Below are positions 62,388-64,000 of a DNA stretch of 64,000 nt, one piece after another. A program made the position numbers and the translations under genes. Every line of letters starts with the position of its first letter. Within the stretch, counting starts at the first letter, position 1. The notes below the pieces were generated by a model. The model saw nothing but the letters and a program-made list of their open reading frames with translations, searched no databases and had not been told where the DNA came from. This DNA is from an uncultured Bacilli bacterium (GTDB lineage: Bacteria > Bacillota_I > Bacilli_A > RF39 > UBA660), in NCBI GenBank assembly GCA_947588765.1, contig CANPZG010000001.1, positions 12,658 to 76,657 of the forward strand, written 5' to 3'.

Positions 62388-62414
62388 AATCCCTTAATAA
62401 TAAGGGATTTTTTG
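62388..62414 (+). terminator. rho-independent terminator
   Basis: AATCCCTTA...TAAGGGATT plus a T-run. Confidence 0.6.
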
Positions 62415-62474
62415 TTGCTATAATATTTAAAACAAATAAAAAAAGTTCTTCGCGAACTTTTATCTTTTTATTTA

Positions 62475-62565
62475 TGGCGGAGTGAGAGGGATTTGAACCC
62501 TCGCAACAGTTACCCGTTCTACATCCTTAGCAGGGACGCCTCTTCAGCCTCTTGAGTATCACTCC
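62475..62565 (-). tRNA. tRNA-Ser(GCU)
   Basis: Reverse complement folds with a 3-bp D-stem, anticodon loop CUGCUAA, long variable arm, discriminator G and CCA. Confidence 0.8.
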
Positions 62566-62615
62566 ACAACCAAGCTACTTCTTAATTTTAATATAAAAGT
62601 AGCTTATTGTCAATC

Positions 62616-63461
62616 TTATTTAGATAAGACCAAATTTCTAATTTCATCAATAAAATGTTGCATAATTGTTAAATAATCATCTTCAGTTTTATTATTAATC
62701 ATCGTTGATGTTGAAATACTAGTTACATTATTTTCCGTAACAATGGTACTTATTGCTTCCGGTAAATTATTATCACTAACTATTATGCCCTTATAACTAC
62801 CATTTTTATACCCACTGGCTAAACTATTAATGGTACTTTCATCAGCATTTTCTACCGATATAACATTAAAGCCATAATTTTCTAAATATTTATATACATC
62901 TTTAGATACAACTAAAGTATTAGTATTATTTTCTTTAGCTTCTTTTCCAATTGTCCTTAAATCAGCATCCATTATGGAAATCTTTTCAGCAAATTCATCA
63001 TATTTTTTATTAATATTATCTATTATTGCTCTTGATTTTAAATATTCACTTAAATTATCCCGAATATTTTTCGCAAGCATTAAGTAATTATTAGGACTTA
63101 ACCACAATTCTTCAAGGCCATTAGTATAAGTTAAACCATAAGAGACATCAATAATTAATAACTTATTATTTTTATTAATTAAATCTTTAGCAATGTTTTT
63201 TTCTTTACTTAAGCCATTATAAACAAATAAATCACTACTAGCATATTCACTTATTTGTTTATCTGTTAACTCGTAGGAATCAATATCCGTATCTGCTGGA
63301 TAAATACTTGATACTTCCCCATAATCTTGATATAAAGTATTGATTAAATATTCAATAGGATAAATAGTAGTAGTTATTTTGGCATCTTCCAAATTATCTT
63401 TAAATAAAGTACAACCAGTTAGTAAAAATAAAACTGCTAATAACATTAAAATTTTTTTCAT
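62616..63461 (-). CDS. TroA/ZnuA-like solute-binding lipoprotein with degenerate metal site
   Basis: Lipobox LLTGC. Collinear with the ZnuA/TroA fold, but the PH.YEP-type His positions read DSYELT. No ABC partners are adjacent. Confidence 0.5.
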   Translation of the reverse strand: MKKILMLLAVLFLLTGCTLFKDNLEDAKITTTIYPIEYLINTLYQDYGEVSSIYPADTDIDSYELTDKQISEYASSDLFVYNGLSKEKNIAKDLINKNNKLLIIDVSYGLTYTNGLEELWLSPNNYLMLAKNIRDNLSEYLKSRAIIDNINKKYDEFAEKISIMDADLRTIGKEAKENNTNTLVVSKDVYKYLENYGFNVISVENADESTINSLASGYKNGSYKGIIVSDNNLPEAISTIVTENNVTSISTSTMINNKTEDDYLTIMQHFIDEIRNLVLSK

Positions 63462-63685
63462 TTCTTTTCTTCCTCCAATATAGGAACTTCATCGATACCA
63501 AATTTTCCAAATGGACGGCATCTTAAAATCCTTTTTATTCCTAACTTTAAACCTTTAATAACGCCATATCTTTCGATAGCCTCAATCATATATTCACTAC
63601 ATGTGGGAGTAAATCGACAAGCTTTATGGCAACTCAAGGGCAAAATTTGATACCCCCGAATTAAATATATCATAATGGTTTTCAT
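63458..63685 (-). CDS. yidD: membrane protein insertion efficiency factor YidD
   Basis: YQ...[17 protein letters not shown]...[14 protein letters not shown]. Confidence 0.8.
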   Translation of the reverse strand: MKTIMIYLIRGYQILPLSCHKACRFTPTCSEYMIEAIERYGVIKGLKLGIKRILRCRPFGKFGIDEVPILEEEKK

Positions 63686-63795
63686 TTAATACCACCTTTA
63701 TAAATTTTACTATATATTTTTATTTTTGTAAATTATTTGACAAAGAAAAAAGAAATGCTATAATAATTTTTAAATTTTTAAGGAGTTGTTTTTTT

Positions 63796-64000
63796 ATGGT
63801 TAATATTAATAAAAAATTAATTAATAATTATCTAGCTGGGGAAGATACATCTCCTTATAGTTTAGCTAGCTTAGAAAATGATCTTAATTTTATGAAAGAA
63901 GTAATTAATGCATCACATGATTATAAGATATATAATTTATGTAGTGAAGAGTTAAAACAAAATTGTGAATTTATTGTTTTCTTAGTTAATAAGTTTCCTC
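63796..64000 (+). CDS. hypothetical protein, 3' end cut by window edge
   Basis: ATG after GGAG; the frame stays open to the window edge. Confidence 0.3.
   Translation, partial: MVNINKKLINNYLAGEDTSPYSLASLENDLNFMKEVINASHDYKIYNLCSEELKQNCEFIVFLVNKFP

Overview
This 64-kb window is a very AT-rich (roughly 27-28% GC by eye) chromosomal segment from a low-GC Gram-positive endospore-former. The spore-former assignment rests on spoIVA, cotJB-cotJC, a CotY/CotZ-type cysteine-rich coat protein, a SEDS protein, a SpoVIF-like small protein and FtsK/SpoIIIE. Most of the window is housekeeping: ffh, engB, der, hup, a compact alaS, tyrS, pcrA, ligA, mscL, rimM, trmD, glyQS, sepF, divIVA and add. The der ... 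spoIVA-hup order is Bacillus-like. There are two tRNA operons, each behind a near-consensus sigma-A promoter: Val-Thr-Tyr-Gln-Lys and Ile-Glu, plus a minus-strand tRNA-Ser. The outstanding feature is a 235-nt group I (IC3-like) intron inserted between nt 36 and 37 of tRNA-Thr(UGU). Other points worth a second look are: (1) two orphan type-IV-pilin-like genes, each near a secreted protein with a shared TasA/camelysin-like (SipW-cognate-like) N-terminal motif; (2) a 587-aa AlaRS with no C-Ala domain; (3) an alanine racemase homolog missing the PLP lysine; (4) a membrane protein with a degenerate GGDEF domain; (5) a membrane-anchored PTS-EIIB-like domain with no catalytic Cys; (6) a (TA)7 repeat inside a promoter spacer; and (7) an Rpn-family nuclease gene inactivated by a single in-frame TAA. 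I found no CRISPR array, intact mobile element or prophage.
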